Source: an uncultured Candidatus Saccharibacteria bacterium (GTDB taxonomy: Bacteria; Patescibacteriota; Minisyncoccia; Phycocordibacterales; SBAW01). Taken from it: a DNA stretch of 41,525 nucleotides. How positions within the stretch are numbered: the stretch's first letter is position 1; each line of letters opens with the position of its first letter. Made by a program: the position numbers and the translations under genes. The stretch is from assembly GCA_964367315.1 (NCBI GenBank), contig CAYIWV010000002.1:1-41525 (forward strand). Reading direction: 5' to 3'. The notes below the pieces were generated by a model. It searched no databases, was not told the DNA's origin, and saw only the letters and a list, made by a program, of their open reading frames with translations. Positions 32,256-40,962 of this stretch are shown here, piece after piece.

Positions 32256-34351
32256 AAAAATTATTTATCGCCGCAGCGCTTCTGCTCGTCACTCTTGGTA
32301 TCGCGTTCGCGCCGCTTTTTTCAGGACGGATCGTCGCAGAGGATGACGTTGCGCATTACTATATCCCCGCATTTAAATTTTATGATGACGCGCGAGCAGC
32401 GGGAGAAGACCCGACGCTTGCACCCGGTATTTTTTCCGGCTTTCCGCTCGGGCTTACGCAAGTAGGAGGATATCTCGACCCGCTTAACGCGCTTCTCTTC
32501 GATCTCTTCCCTTTTTTAACCGCGTATCACCTTCGGATTCTACTCAATTATTTCCTTGCCGGAATATTCACGTACCTCTTTGCCCGCTCGATAGGACTCA
32601 GTTTTCTTGCATCGGTCGTGGCTATGTTTGCCTATGTGACGGCGCAAAGCATTATCCCCGGTGCCAATATCCTGCGCAGCAACAGCTTCTTTCTCATGCC
32701 GGCGCTCTTTTATCTCCTACATGAGCTTCATTGGGTGGCGCATGAGCGGCGCGTATGGAGCTCTCTCTCCTTGGCGGCATTCGGCGCTTTGGCAGTCTGG
32801 CTCGCATTTATGGGCGGCTATACCCAACTTGTACTCTATAGCCTTATCGCCGCGGGCGCGTTCGCAACATTCCTGCTTTGGCAAAAATTTTCGTGGCGTT
32901 TCGTGGCGTTTTCAGGGGCGCTTTTTGCGGGAGGTGCCCTGCTTGCTGCGCCTTATATCCTTTCCGTTCTCGATCTCGTAGCTCTTTCAGAGAGAGCTGG
33001 GGGGCTCTCGTGGGAGGCTGCTTCGGCGAGCACCAACCTCGGAGCTTTTCTGCAAAATGTGACGGTTAATCTTTTTGTACCGCCATGGCACGGAGAAACG
33101 CTCCAGTCACTCTATATCGGTACCTTAAACATTTTCTTCTTTTTTGTATCATATTGCGCGACCAAAAAAAACTCGCTCGCACTTTTCTTTTGGAGTTTGT
33201 TTGGCTTCTCCTTACTTGCCGCTTTGCCGTACCCGCTTTTTTATCTCATGCACCTCTTTCCCATATTCGAGCTGTTCCGTTTTCCTCCCCATTGGCTCCT
33301 CGTCACCTCCTTTGCCATGAGCATTCTGGCTGCTGTTGGATACGACTATGCTCGCTCGTTTATGACTTGGCAGGATAGTTCCGCCTTTAAAGCATTAAAC
33401 CCTGCCGTGCTTATTGGTGTCCTTATGCTCAACCTGATTCTTCCCACAGGCCTTATGCTCGCACAGCATACCTTCCCCGCCAATGTAGTCATTGAAGAGC
33501 CGTGGATCGTGAAGACCATTCATGCGCACGACTCCGCTTTGGAGCCATTTAGGGCGTATCAGCTGTACCCTTCCGTGTTCTCATGGTTTCTTTTTGTAAG
33601 AGACTTTAACCCGACGGCGCAAGAGAAGGAGAAGTTTAACGCCGAATATACGCAGACGCATCTCACTTCCTTTGTGTGGGGGATAGAATCAGTGCGCGGG
33701 TTCGACAATCTTGCCCCGAGACGCTATGCACAAGTGCTCGCTTTTTTAGAGCAAAAGCAATATGAAAACGCAATTGTAGATGGTTATGCCTCTTTGCCTG
33801 ACGGCGCGCTTTCTTTGCTCGGCATGATGAACGTTAAATATCTGTGGAGCATCCTGTCGCTTGAGGCGCGGCACGAAGTTGACGCAGAGCTTCTTGAGAT
33901 TGGAAAGGTTACGTTTGGTAAAATTACGTTTCCGTTTCATCTGTATGAGAACAAAAAGTTTCTTCCGCGCGTGTATGTGCCGGGAGAGGTTGAGATATTG
34001 CCGCAGAGCGATGAGAACTTTGCCACGATCATCGGGCGGCCGAACAATTTCAATGAGCGCTCGTTTATCGAGTGCGACTCGTGCGAGGCAGGGGTGGTAA
34101 ATCAATCGTCCTCGAGTGTCGAGGATGTCACTGTCCGCAACGGCGAGGTGTCGTTCTCTACCGAGTTTGCACGGGACCGCTGGATAATTGTTTCCAACAG
34201 CTTCATCCCGGGCTGGCATGCCTCTATCGACGGGAAGGGGGCGCCAATCCACTATGCAAATTATATCTATCAAGGCATACTGGTCCCTGCGGGGGAACAT
34301 GCAGTCACCATCCGCTACCGTGGTCCTTATGATTTTTTATATGGCCGATAA
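32252..34351 (+). CDS. YfhO-family GT-C membrane glycosyltransferase, paralogue 3
   Basis: ATGA overlap with paralogue 2. AEDDVAHYY follows TM1. C-terminal signature IPGWHASIDGKGAPIHYANYIYQGILVPAGEHAVTIRY. Confidence 0.8.
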   Translation: MKKLFIAAALLLVTLGIAFAPLFSGRIVAEDDVAHYYIPAFKFYDDARAAGEDPTLAPGIFSGFPLGLTQVGGYLDPLNALLFDLFPFLTAYHLRILLNYFLAGIFTYLFARSIGLSFLASVVAMFAYVTAQSIIPGANILRSNSFFLMPALFYLLHELHWVAHERRVWSSLSLAAFGALAVWLAFMGGYTQLVLYSLIAAGAFATFLLWQKFSWRFVAFSGALFAGGALLAAPYILSVLDLVALSERAGGLSWEAASASTNLGAFLQNVTVNLFVPPWHGETLQSLYIGTLNIFFFFVSYCATKKNSLALFFWSLFGFSLLAALPYPLFYLMHLFPIFELFRFPPHWLLVTSFAMSILAAVGYDYARSFMTWQDSSAFKALNPAVLIGVLMLNLILPTGLMLAQHTFPANVVIEEPWIVKTIHAHDSALEPFRAYQLYPSVFSWFLFVRDFNPTAQEKEKFNAEYTQTHLTSFVWGIESVRGFDNLAPRRYAQVLAFLEQKQYENAIVDGYASLPDGALSLLGMMNVKYLWSILSLEARHEVDAELLEIGKVTFGKITFPFHLYENKKFLPRVYVPGEVEILPQSDENFATIIGRPNNFNERSFIECDSCEAGVVNQSSSSVEDVTVRNGEVSFSTEFARDRWIIVSNSFIPGWHASIDGKGAPIHYANYIYQGILVPAGEHAVTIRYRGPYDFLYGR

Positions 34352-35849
34352 AACCGTATCGCTCGTCATACCTTGCTATAACGAGCAAGCTACTATCGAG
34401 GAGCTTTTGCGCCGCGTCGAGGAGGCCGATTTTGGCTCGTGGCGCAAAGAGATTGTGGTGGTCGACGACGGCAGTCGCGATCGCACTCGAGAGATACTCT
34501 CGCGCTATAAGGACCGTCCCCAGTACAAGGTCATTTTCCAGCCGAAAAACAGTGGCAAGGGCGTCGCCGAGCGTGCCGGAATCGCGGCCGCAGGCGGAGA
34601 CTACGTCGTCCTACAAGATGCTGACCTCGAGTACGACCCACAAGAGATCCGCGCCATGCTCGAGGTGGTTGATGCGACCGGGGCGCCCATCGTCTTCGGA
34701 TCGCGCAACCTTAAGACTCATTGGCACCGTGCCCGAAATTTTTTTGTAATCAGCCTTGGGGTGTGGCTCTCGACGCAGTGGGTCAACCTGCTCTACGGCA
34801 CGCGCCTTACCGATGCGTGGACCTGCTACAAGCTCTTCTCCCGCGAGGTCGCGCAAAAGGCGCGCTTTATCGGCAATGGGTTCGAGGCGGACTATCTCTT
34901 CATCGGCGACGCGTCCGTAAAGGGTTATCCGATAGTCGAGGTAGCAATCAGCCATGCGCCGCGCACGGTCGAGGAGGGTAAAAAGATCCGCTATGGTGAC
35001 GGTTTTTACTCGATGTGGCATTTACTCTTGCATCGCTTGGCGCATCTGCGCTCGCCTGCAAAACAGGACTCGCATGCAGATGCTCGCCGTCGTATCGTGG
35101 AGTCCCTCATTGGCTTACAAAAAGAATCGTCCGTGAGCGAGGAAGCCGAGGTACACCTCCACGGCGTCAATTGGCTCAAATCCTTCCTCAAGCAGTTCCC
35201 CGCCCTCTATTATTTCGTGTGGGGAGTGTTTTGTCCGGCGCTCATGGTGCAAAACGGACCCAAACGTATCTACCATTATACCAAGGGCCTGGTTGCCGAT
35301 ATCGGTTCTGGCCCCGACCGGATCGCCCCAGAGATCATTAATGTCGACATGTTCCCGTTCCCCGGGGTCGATGTGGTTGCAAGCGCAAACGCGCTGCCGT
35401 TTGCCGATGGTACTTTCGACGGCGCGGTCAACGAGTCCTTGCTCGAGCACGTCCCGAACCCCCGCGCGGTCGCGGCAGAGATCATGCGCGTGGTAAAGCC
35501 GGGTGGCTATATCTACACCAGCGCGCCGTTCATCCACCCCTTCCACGCCTCGCCGGATGACTTTAACCGCTTTACGCGCAGCGGGCTTAAGGAATTGTTT
35601 CCCGAGTGCGAAGTGATAGAGCAGGGGATACGCTCCGGGCCGTGGAGTGCTCTCCTCCTTTTTGTAGCCTACTGGCTCGGTGCTATAGTCACGCTCGGCA
35701 GCCGCCGTTTTGCGCCATTCGCCGCCCATGTGTGTATGCTCATCCTCGGTCCTTTTAAGATTTTTGATCTTCTTTTTACCTGGATGCCGGATGCGGATGC
35801 GGTCTCGGCGCACCTCTTTATAATCGTCCGTAAAAAGAACCGGCCGTGA
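34341..35849 (+). CDS. Fusion protein: GT2 (Dpm1/GtrB-like) glycosyltransferase plus class I SAM methyltransferase plus C-terminal hydrophobic segments
   Basis: ATG at 34341 overlaps the upstream gene by 11 nt. GT2 motifs VSLVIPCYNE, VVVDDGSRD and LQDADLEYDP. Methyltransferase motifs VADIGSGPD, FDGAVNESLLEHVPNP and VKPGGYIY. Hydrophobic tail WSALLLFVAYWLGAIV...VCMLILGPF. Confidence 0.8.
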   Translation: MADKTVSLVIPCYNEQATIEELLRRVEEADFGSWRKEIVVVDDGSRDRTREILSRYKDRPQYKVIFQPKNSGKGVAERAGIAAAGGDYVVLQDADLEYDPQEIRAMLEVVDATGAPIVFGSRNLKTHWHRARNFFVISLGVWLSTQWVNLLYGTRLTDAWTCYKLFSREVAQKARFIGNGFEADYLFIGDASVKGYPIVEVAISHAPRTVEEGKKIRYGDGFYSMWHLLLHRLAHLRSPAKQDSHADARRRIVESLIGLQKESSVSEEAEVHLHGVNWLKSFLKQFPALYYFVWGVFCPALMVQNGPKRIYHYTKGLVADIGSGPDRIAPEIINVDMFPFPGVDVVASANALPFADGTFDGAVNESLLEHVPNPRAVAAEIMRVVKPGGYIYTSAPFIHPFHASPDDFNRFTRSGLKELFPECEVIEQGIRSGPWSALLLFVAYWLGAIVTLGSRRFAPFAAHVCMLILGPFKIFDLLFTWMPDADAVSAHLFIIVRKKNRP

Positions 35850-35929
35850 GTGCCACCCTAGACTTAGGTAAAAGTATGTGATATATTATTATCAGTACCA
35901 GCACCTTCGACAACTCTTGAGAGGAAGCC

Positions 35930-36502
35930 ATGGCAGACTTGCTGTTGCCCGAACACTTCGTTATCTTCGACACCGAGTACACTACGTGGGATGGCGCACA
36001 AAAGCGGGCCTGGAAGGGGCCCGGAGAATATCGTGAGATCGTCCAGATTGGCGCGATAAAGGTCCAAGGCATCACATTGGAGGAGGAGGGCGCTTTTACG
36101 TGTCTTGTGCGGCCGGTCAAAAACCCGCAGCTCTCCCAGTACTTCACTGGCCTTACCGGCGTCACGCAGGAGATGGTTGAACGCCAGGGCACTTCCTACG
36201 GCGATGCACTCGGACAGTTCGCCGCCTGGTCGCAGGGCCTGTCACTCTACTGTTGGGGCATGGATCTCGAGATCATGAACTTTAACGCCAAGCTCCTCGG
36301 CATCTGCTTCCCCATCTCGCAGGCGCAAAAGCGCGATGTACGGTCGATCTTCGAGCTCGAGGGTGTTGTGACAATGGCATATATGTCGAGCACGATCCCC
36401 CGAGCATTCGGCGAGGAGCCGCCTCCGAGTGCACATGACGCGCTCAACGATGCACGCTCAATACTCCAAGGTCTCCGAGCGCTTCGACGCCGCGTATCTT
36501 AA
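35930..36502 (+). CDS. DEDDh-type 3'-5' exonuclease (DnaQ/KapD-like), stand-alone
   Basis: Exo I FVIFDTEYT, Exo II LYCWGMDLEIM, Exo III AHDALNDARSI (H-x4-D). GAGAGGAAG SD upstream. Confidence 0.8.
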   Translation: MADLLLPEHFVIFDTEYTTWDGAQKRAWKGPGEYREIVQIGAIKVQGITLEEEGAFTCLVRPVKNPQLSQYFTGLTGVTQEMVERQGTSYGDALGQFAAWSQGLSLYCWGMDLEIMNFNAKLLGICFPISQAQKRDVRSIFELEGVVTMAYMSSTIPRAFGEEPPPSAHDALNDARSILQGLRALRRRVS

Positions 36503-36516
36503 TAGCCAAGCGCGCC

Positions 36517-36550
36517 AAATCGGCCCCGTAAAACGGGGCCGATTTTATTT
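36517..36550. terminator. Bidirectional intrinsic terminator between convergent genes
   Basis: AAAT-CGGCCCCG (36521-36528), TAAAA loop, CGGGGCCG-ATTT (36534-36545), flanked by an A-run and a T-run. It overlaps the stop of the minus-strand gene. Confidence 0.7.
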
Positions 36551-38089
36551 CGTCTCGTGATACTCCTGCTCGGTGTTGATGGACCAGAGGTTCGACTTGT
36601 CGGTACGGCCCTCGATAATGTTGTCGACCGCGACCATGGCCGCGAGCATCGAGTGGTCCTGGTTGTTGTAGCGGTGCATCCCGTTGCGGCCGATGGGGTA
36701 GAGATTTTCGATCTGGTCGAGCTCACGGCGGAGGCTGGCAAAGTCGGGGTAGGTGCCGCTGTATGCCGGGTACGCTTTTTTCTCCCGCAAGACATAGCCG
36801 CCCAAAACATCAATTCCTTGGCGCAAGCCCACCGCCTCGAGCTCCTCGGTTGCGCGCGCGATGAGGTCGGCGTCTTTCGCGCACCACAGCGCGTCGCCCT
36901 CCTCGCAAAAGTATTCGAGCCCGACCCAGCCGTGCGCGGGGTCTTTGACCAAGTACGGGCTCCAGTTGTGGAAGAATTGTACGCGCCCGACCAAGACCCC
37001 CGGCTCGTGGATATACATCCAGGTGTCGCTAAGCGGCGCCCCGCCCTCTTCGGGGCGGTGCGCAAGCAAGAGCCCCACGCTGATAAAGTCGCGGTACTGC
37101 AACCCCGATGCGACCTCGAGCGCCTCGGGGGAGAGGAGCGGTGCAATCATGTGTCCGAGCGCGCGGATATCCGTACTGGAGAAAACATAGTCGGCGGGTA
37201 TGACCTCCTTGCCCGCGCTACTTTTTATCTGTACGCCGGTAATGTGCGGACCGTTCGTCTCCACCCCGACCACCTCGGTACCCATGCGCACCTCGCCGCC
37301 AAGCTCCCTTATTTTATGTACGACAGCCTCCCACATCTGTCCCGGGCCGAGCGCCGGGTAGAGGTACTGCTCGATGAGCGAGGTCTCGACATCTTTTCCC
37401 GAGAGCGGGCCGCCGACTATTTTACGGGCCGCGTGCATAATCGCCTTCCAGATGGAGAGTCCTTTAACCCGCTGGGCGCCCCACTCGGCCGACATCTGCC
37501 GGCACGGCGTACCCCAGACTTTTTCGGTATAGGATTTAAAAAAGGTTTCGTAGAGCTCTGTGCCGAACCGGTTGATGAAAAAATCTTCGAGCGTCGCCTC
37601 GGGTTTGCGCGGGAAAATCGCGGCGTACAAGTAGGTGACGCCGATCTTGAACATTTTGACGAGCCCGAGCTTCATCACGGTATCAAACGAGAGCTCGATC
37701 GGGTAGGCAAAAAACTGCCCGCCGTAGACAATGCGCGTTTTGCGCGGCCGCACGAGCATAACATTGCGCCCGTCGGATTCGGCAGCGACACGCAGACCCT
37801 CTGTGAGCGCGCGGCGCGAGTTTTGGTAGGCAATTGTCGCGAGGGTGCCCTCGGGTGAGACGGGGAGCATGTCCGCCCACCAGCGCATGACGCGGTCTGA
37901 CTTGGAGAAAAAGCGGTGCCCGCCGATATCGATCCGGTTGCCAAGGTAACTTTCGGTGCGCGAGATGCCGCCGACGTAGGTAGGGTTGCGCTCGATGACG
38001 ATGGGCACGATATCGGTGCGCACTAGGAGCTCGTAGGCGGCGGTAAGTCCGGCCGGCCCTGCACCGATAATGACCGCCCGCTTTTGCAT
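36545..38089 (-). CDS. FAD-dependent oxidoreductase (amine-oxidase / UDP-galactopyranose-mutase-like fold)
   Basis: Start taken at [21 protein letters not shown] (ATG at 38089; the ORF is open to 38134). Dinucleotide-binding GxGxxG motif, then GGISRT...[11 protein letters not shown], which resembles the UGM/HemY-type motif. Confidence 0.7.
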   Translation of the reverse strand: MQKRAVIIGAGPAGLTAAYELLVRTDIVPIVIERNPTYVGGISRTESYLGNRIDIGGHRFFSKSDRVMRWWADMLPVSPEGTLATIAYQNSRRALTEGLRVAAESDGRNVMLVRPRKTRIVYGGQFFAYPIELSFDTVMKLGLVKMFKIGVTYLYAAIFPRKPEATLEDFFINRFGTELYETFFKSYTEKVWGTPCRQMSAEWGAQRVKGLSIWKAIMHAARKIVGGPLSGKDVETSLIEQYLYPALGPGQMWEAVVHKIRELGGEVRMGTEVVGVETNGPHITGVQIKSSAGKEVIPADYVFSSTDIRALGHMIAPLLSPEALEVASGLQYRDFISVGLLLAHRPEEGGAPLSDTWMYIHEPGVLVGRVQFFHNWSPYLVKDPAHGWVGLEYFCEEGDALWCAKDADLIARATEELEAVGLRQGIDVLGGYVLREKKAYPAYSGTYPDFASLRRELDQIENLYPIGRNGMHRYNNQDHSMLAAMVAVDNIIEGRTDKSNLWSINTEQEYHETK

Positions 38090-38159
38090 GTGCGCCCATG
38101 ATAGCAGATAGGCGGCAGTCGCGGTAACTGGCAAGAGAGGGTAGTATTATGGACATTGC

Positions 38160-38900
38160 ATGGCAGACCCGTATCTTTCGGTAGTTATACCCGCCTATAA
38201 CGAAGAGCGCCGGCTCCCGCCGACGCTCCGTAAGCTCTGCGCCGCCCTCCCCGCGCTCGGCAAACCGTACGAAATTATCGTTGTCGATGACGGCTCGAAG
38301 GACGCTACCGTGCAAAAGGTCCAAGAGCTTGCGCGGGGGTGCCCCGAAATCAAGCTCGTCTCCGACGGGGTTAATCGCGGCCGCACGCTTGCCATGCGGC
38401 GCGGGTTTGCCGAAGCGCGCGGCGAGCTTATCCTCGAAACCGACTCGGACGGCTCGGTCGCCGAAGAGGCGGTCATCCGCTTTGCCCGCGCGTTCGAGGC
38501 GGACCCAAAACTCGATGCCATTTTCGGCAGCCGCGAGCTCCCCGAGTCGAAGATCGTGGTATGGCAGCCGCCGCACCGCGTCTTCTTGGGGTACGGCTTC
38601 CTTTATCTGGCGCGGTTCATGTTGTGGATGTGGGACATTACCGACTTTGCGCTCGGATTTAAGATGTTCCGGCGCGAGGCGGCGCGAGACATTTTTGCGC
38701 ACCAATACGAGCGGCACATCGTTGCCGAGGCCGAGATCCTCTATATATCGCGCGCGCGCGGGCACCGCTTTAAGGAGCTCCCGGTCGTTTGGACCGACGA
38801 TGCCGACTCGCGCATACGCCCACTGCGCGAGGTCTTTCGCTCGCTTGCAGGGCTCGTGCGGATACGGGCGCGAGCCCTGGCCGGTACATATCGAGACTAG
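38160..38900 (+). CDS. GT2 polyprenyl-phosphate glycosyltransferase (GtrB/CsbB/Dpm1-like)
   Basis: LSVVIPAYNEERRLPPTL, IIVVDDGSKDAT and ETDSDGS motifs. The short length (246 aa) is typical of lipid-phosphate sugar synthases. Confidence 0.8.
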   Translation: MADPYLSVVIPAYNEERRLPPTLRKLCAALPALGKPYEIIVVDDGSKDATVQKVQELARGCPEIKLVSDGVNRGRTLAMRRGFAEARGELILETDSDGSVAEEAVIRFARAFEADPKLDAIFGSRELPESKIVVWQPPHRVFLGYGFLYLARFMLWMWDITDFALGFKMFRREAARDIFAHQYERHIVAEAEILYISRARGHRFKELPVVWTDDADSRIRPLREVFRSLAGLVRIRARALAGTYRD

Positions 38901-38902
38901 CT

Positions 38903-39631
38903 ATGGAGACGCGCCTCTATACTGAGATGGCAGCGCTCGAGGGGGCGCATTGGTGGTTTCGCGGCCGGCGCGCCGTCTTTTTGGATGTACTGCGGCGATA
39001 CGCGCCCACGGGGGCCCTGCTCGATGTCGGACTCGGGACGGGGGCCAATGCGGCAGAATTTACGCGCCGCGGGTACGCGGTCACGGGGCTCGAGCCGTCG
39101 ACAGAGGCCATTGCATTTGCAAAAGAAAAAGTGCCGGATCTCCGCGTCATTGCATCGCCGTTCCCTGCGCGTGAGATTGAAGCGGGTACCTTTGATATCG
39201 TCGTACTGCTCGACGTCATCGAGCATCTCGAGGATGACGCACACGCGCTTAAAGAGGTGTTTCGCATCCTGCGTCCGGGCGGCATCGTGCTTGTGACGAC
39301 ACCGGCTTTTATGTTTTTGTGGAGCGATCATGACGCGCTCGCGCATCATTATCGCCGCTATCGCAAAGGAGAGCTTATGCGCAAGCTCCATGGCGCCGGC
39401 TTGGTGCCGGCGATGGTGAGCTACTACAACTTTTTCCTTTTCCCCGCGATAGCGGCGGTGCGGGTCGCACAGAACCTGCTTGGCGTCAAAAAGACCGAGA
39501 GCGACTTTTCCTCGACGCCGGGGTTCTTAAACGGCATGCTCGCCACGCTCTTTGGCGCTGAGCGGTTTTTGCTGCGTCTCGGCCCTCTTCCTTGGGGCGT
39601 GTCGCTCATCGCGGTAGCAAAAAAACCATGA
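38903..39631 (+). CDS. Class I SAM-dependent methyltransferase
   Basis: ATG at 38903, 2 nt after the upstream stop. N-terminal HWWFRGRR motif, LLDVGLGTGANA, and FDIVVLLDVIEHLEDD. Confidence 0.8.
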   Translation: METRLYTEMAALEGAHWWFRGRRAVFLDVLRRYAPTGALLDVGLGTGANAAEFTRRGYAVTGLEPSTEAIAFAKEKVPDLRVIASPFPAREIEAGTFDIVVLLDVIEHLEDDAHALKEVFRILRPGGIVLVTTPAFMFLWSDHDALAHHYRRYRKGELMRKLHGAGLVPAMVSYYNFFLFPAIAAVRVAQNLLGVKKTESDFSSTPGFLNGMLATLFGAERFLLRLGPLPWGVSLIAVAKKP

Positions 39632-40962
39632 GGAGAGTATGGGCAGATAAACCGCTGCGCTCGCTCGCCATTATCTCGCTTTTGGCGAGTGTGCTCGCGT
39701 GCGCGACGATCGCCGCGGTAGCCACCTCGCAGGGCAAAGACTCCGCGGTGTTGACCGGCGATGCCAAAGGATATGTGCTTTTGGCGCGCAATCTCATCGA
39801 ACAGGGCGTTTTGTCGTTTTCATTATCCGAGCCATATGTTCCGGATAGTTTCCGTGCGCCGGGGTATCCGCTCTTTTTAGCGGGGCTCTTCGTTGTGCTC
39901 CAGGATTGGCTCCTTGTGGCGTTGGTGCAGGCGGCGCTCGCGAGCGTTGCCGCGGTCCTGCTCTACCTTTTGTTGCGCCCATACCATGAGCGTGCCGCAT
40001 GGTGGGGCTCGCTTGTCTTTGCGCTCGAGCCGGTACGCCTCGTTACCGCATCGACGCTCCTCTCCGACTCGCTCTTTGTCGTCCTGTTCTTATCATCGCT
40101 CCTTTTGCTTTCGCGGTGTATCACAGAGCAGAGCTGGCGCGCCGCCGCCCTTGCGGGGGCGGTGCTCGGGCTTGCGATATTGGTGCGGCCGATAGCGCAG
40201 TTTCTCCCACTTTTTTTTGCAGGCTATCTTTTTTGGAAGCTTGGTACCCGCCGCGCCGCGAAACTCTCGGCAATACTAGTGTTCGCCTGCGCGGTGGTGC
40301 TCGGCCCCTGGGCGGTGCGCAACCACGCCCTTTTTGATTCGTGGAACATTTCCTCCGTCGGGCCGTACAATCTGGCAGCGTACAATGCGCCCGAGTTCGT
40401 CAAATACCGCCCGAGTCCCGAAGGGGAGGCGACGCTGCGCGCGTTTAAGGAGCGGCAAGAGTCATTGCCGCCCGCAGAGCGGCTCTCGCTTGCGCGCGCA
40501 GGAGAGTTTAGCGGCGTCTTTTTCGACGTCATCCGCGGCAGAGAGCTCGACTATGCGTTCTTCCACGTCATTAAGACCACGCCGTTCTTTTTGACCGATG
40601 GCTTGCGCGACAATGTACGGCTCTTAGTCGATATAGGTACGATGCCTAATATCTCGAGCGCGCTCCTTAAGGGTCGTCTCGGCGATGTTGCGGCTTATCT
40701 TATAAGCGGCGGGGTGGGGGTGTGGCTCTTTATTGCGGGGAGCGTGTTTTGGGCGGCGGTGTGTACGCTTGCACTCTGGTGGCTTTGGCATAAGCGGCGG
40801 GAGAAATTCTGGATTTTTTTGGCGGTGCTCGCGCTCTACTTCGCGCTCCTTACCGGGCCGGTCTCCAATGCCCGCTACCGCCTGCCGATTGAAGGATTTT
40901 TACTGGTCGCCGCTGTGGCAGCGATGTTTGATATAAAATACCGTTTATATGGAGCCCATTAA
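39628..40962 (+). CDS. GT-C membrane glycosyltransferase, ArnT/PMT (GT39/GT83)-like
   Basis: ATGA overlap. Polytopic protein. First-loop motif GDAKGYVLLARNL...FRAPGYPLFL is typical of PMT_2/ArnT-like enzymes. Confidence 0.7.
   Translation: MRRVWADKPLRSLAIISLLASVLACATIAAVATSQGKDSAVLTGDAKGYVLLARNLIEQGVLSFSLSEPYVPDSFRAPGYPLFLAGLFVVLQDWLLVALVQAALASVAAVLLYLLLRPYHERAAWWGSLVFALEPVRLVTASTLLSDSLFVVLFLSSLLLLSRCITEQSWRAAALAGAVLGLAILVRPIAQFLPLFFAGYLFWKLGTRRAAKLSAILVFACAVVLGPWAVRNHALFDSWNISSVGPYNLAAYNAPEFVKYRPSPEGEATLRAFKERQESLPPAERLSLARAGEFSGVFFDVIRGRELDYAFFHVIKTTPFFLTDGLRDNVRLLVDIGTMPNISSALLKGRLGDVAAYLISGGVGVWLFIAGSVFWAAVCTLALWWLWHKRREKFWIFLAVLALYFALLTGPVSNARYRLPIEGFLLVAAVAAMFDIKYRLYGAH

Noticed and set aside
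32891-32910. Perfect 10-bp tandem direct repeat (TCGTGGCGTT x2) inside YfhO paralogue 3, considered as a recent frameshifting duplication.
   Set aside because: The reading frame is continuous. The protein still aligns with YfhO paralogue 1 on both sides of the repeat (..YSLIAAGAF.. before and ..GGALLAAPYIL..ERAGGLS.. after), so it is not a disruptive duplication. It is most likely chance or an ancient event.
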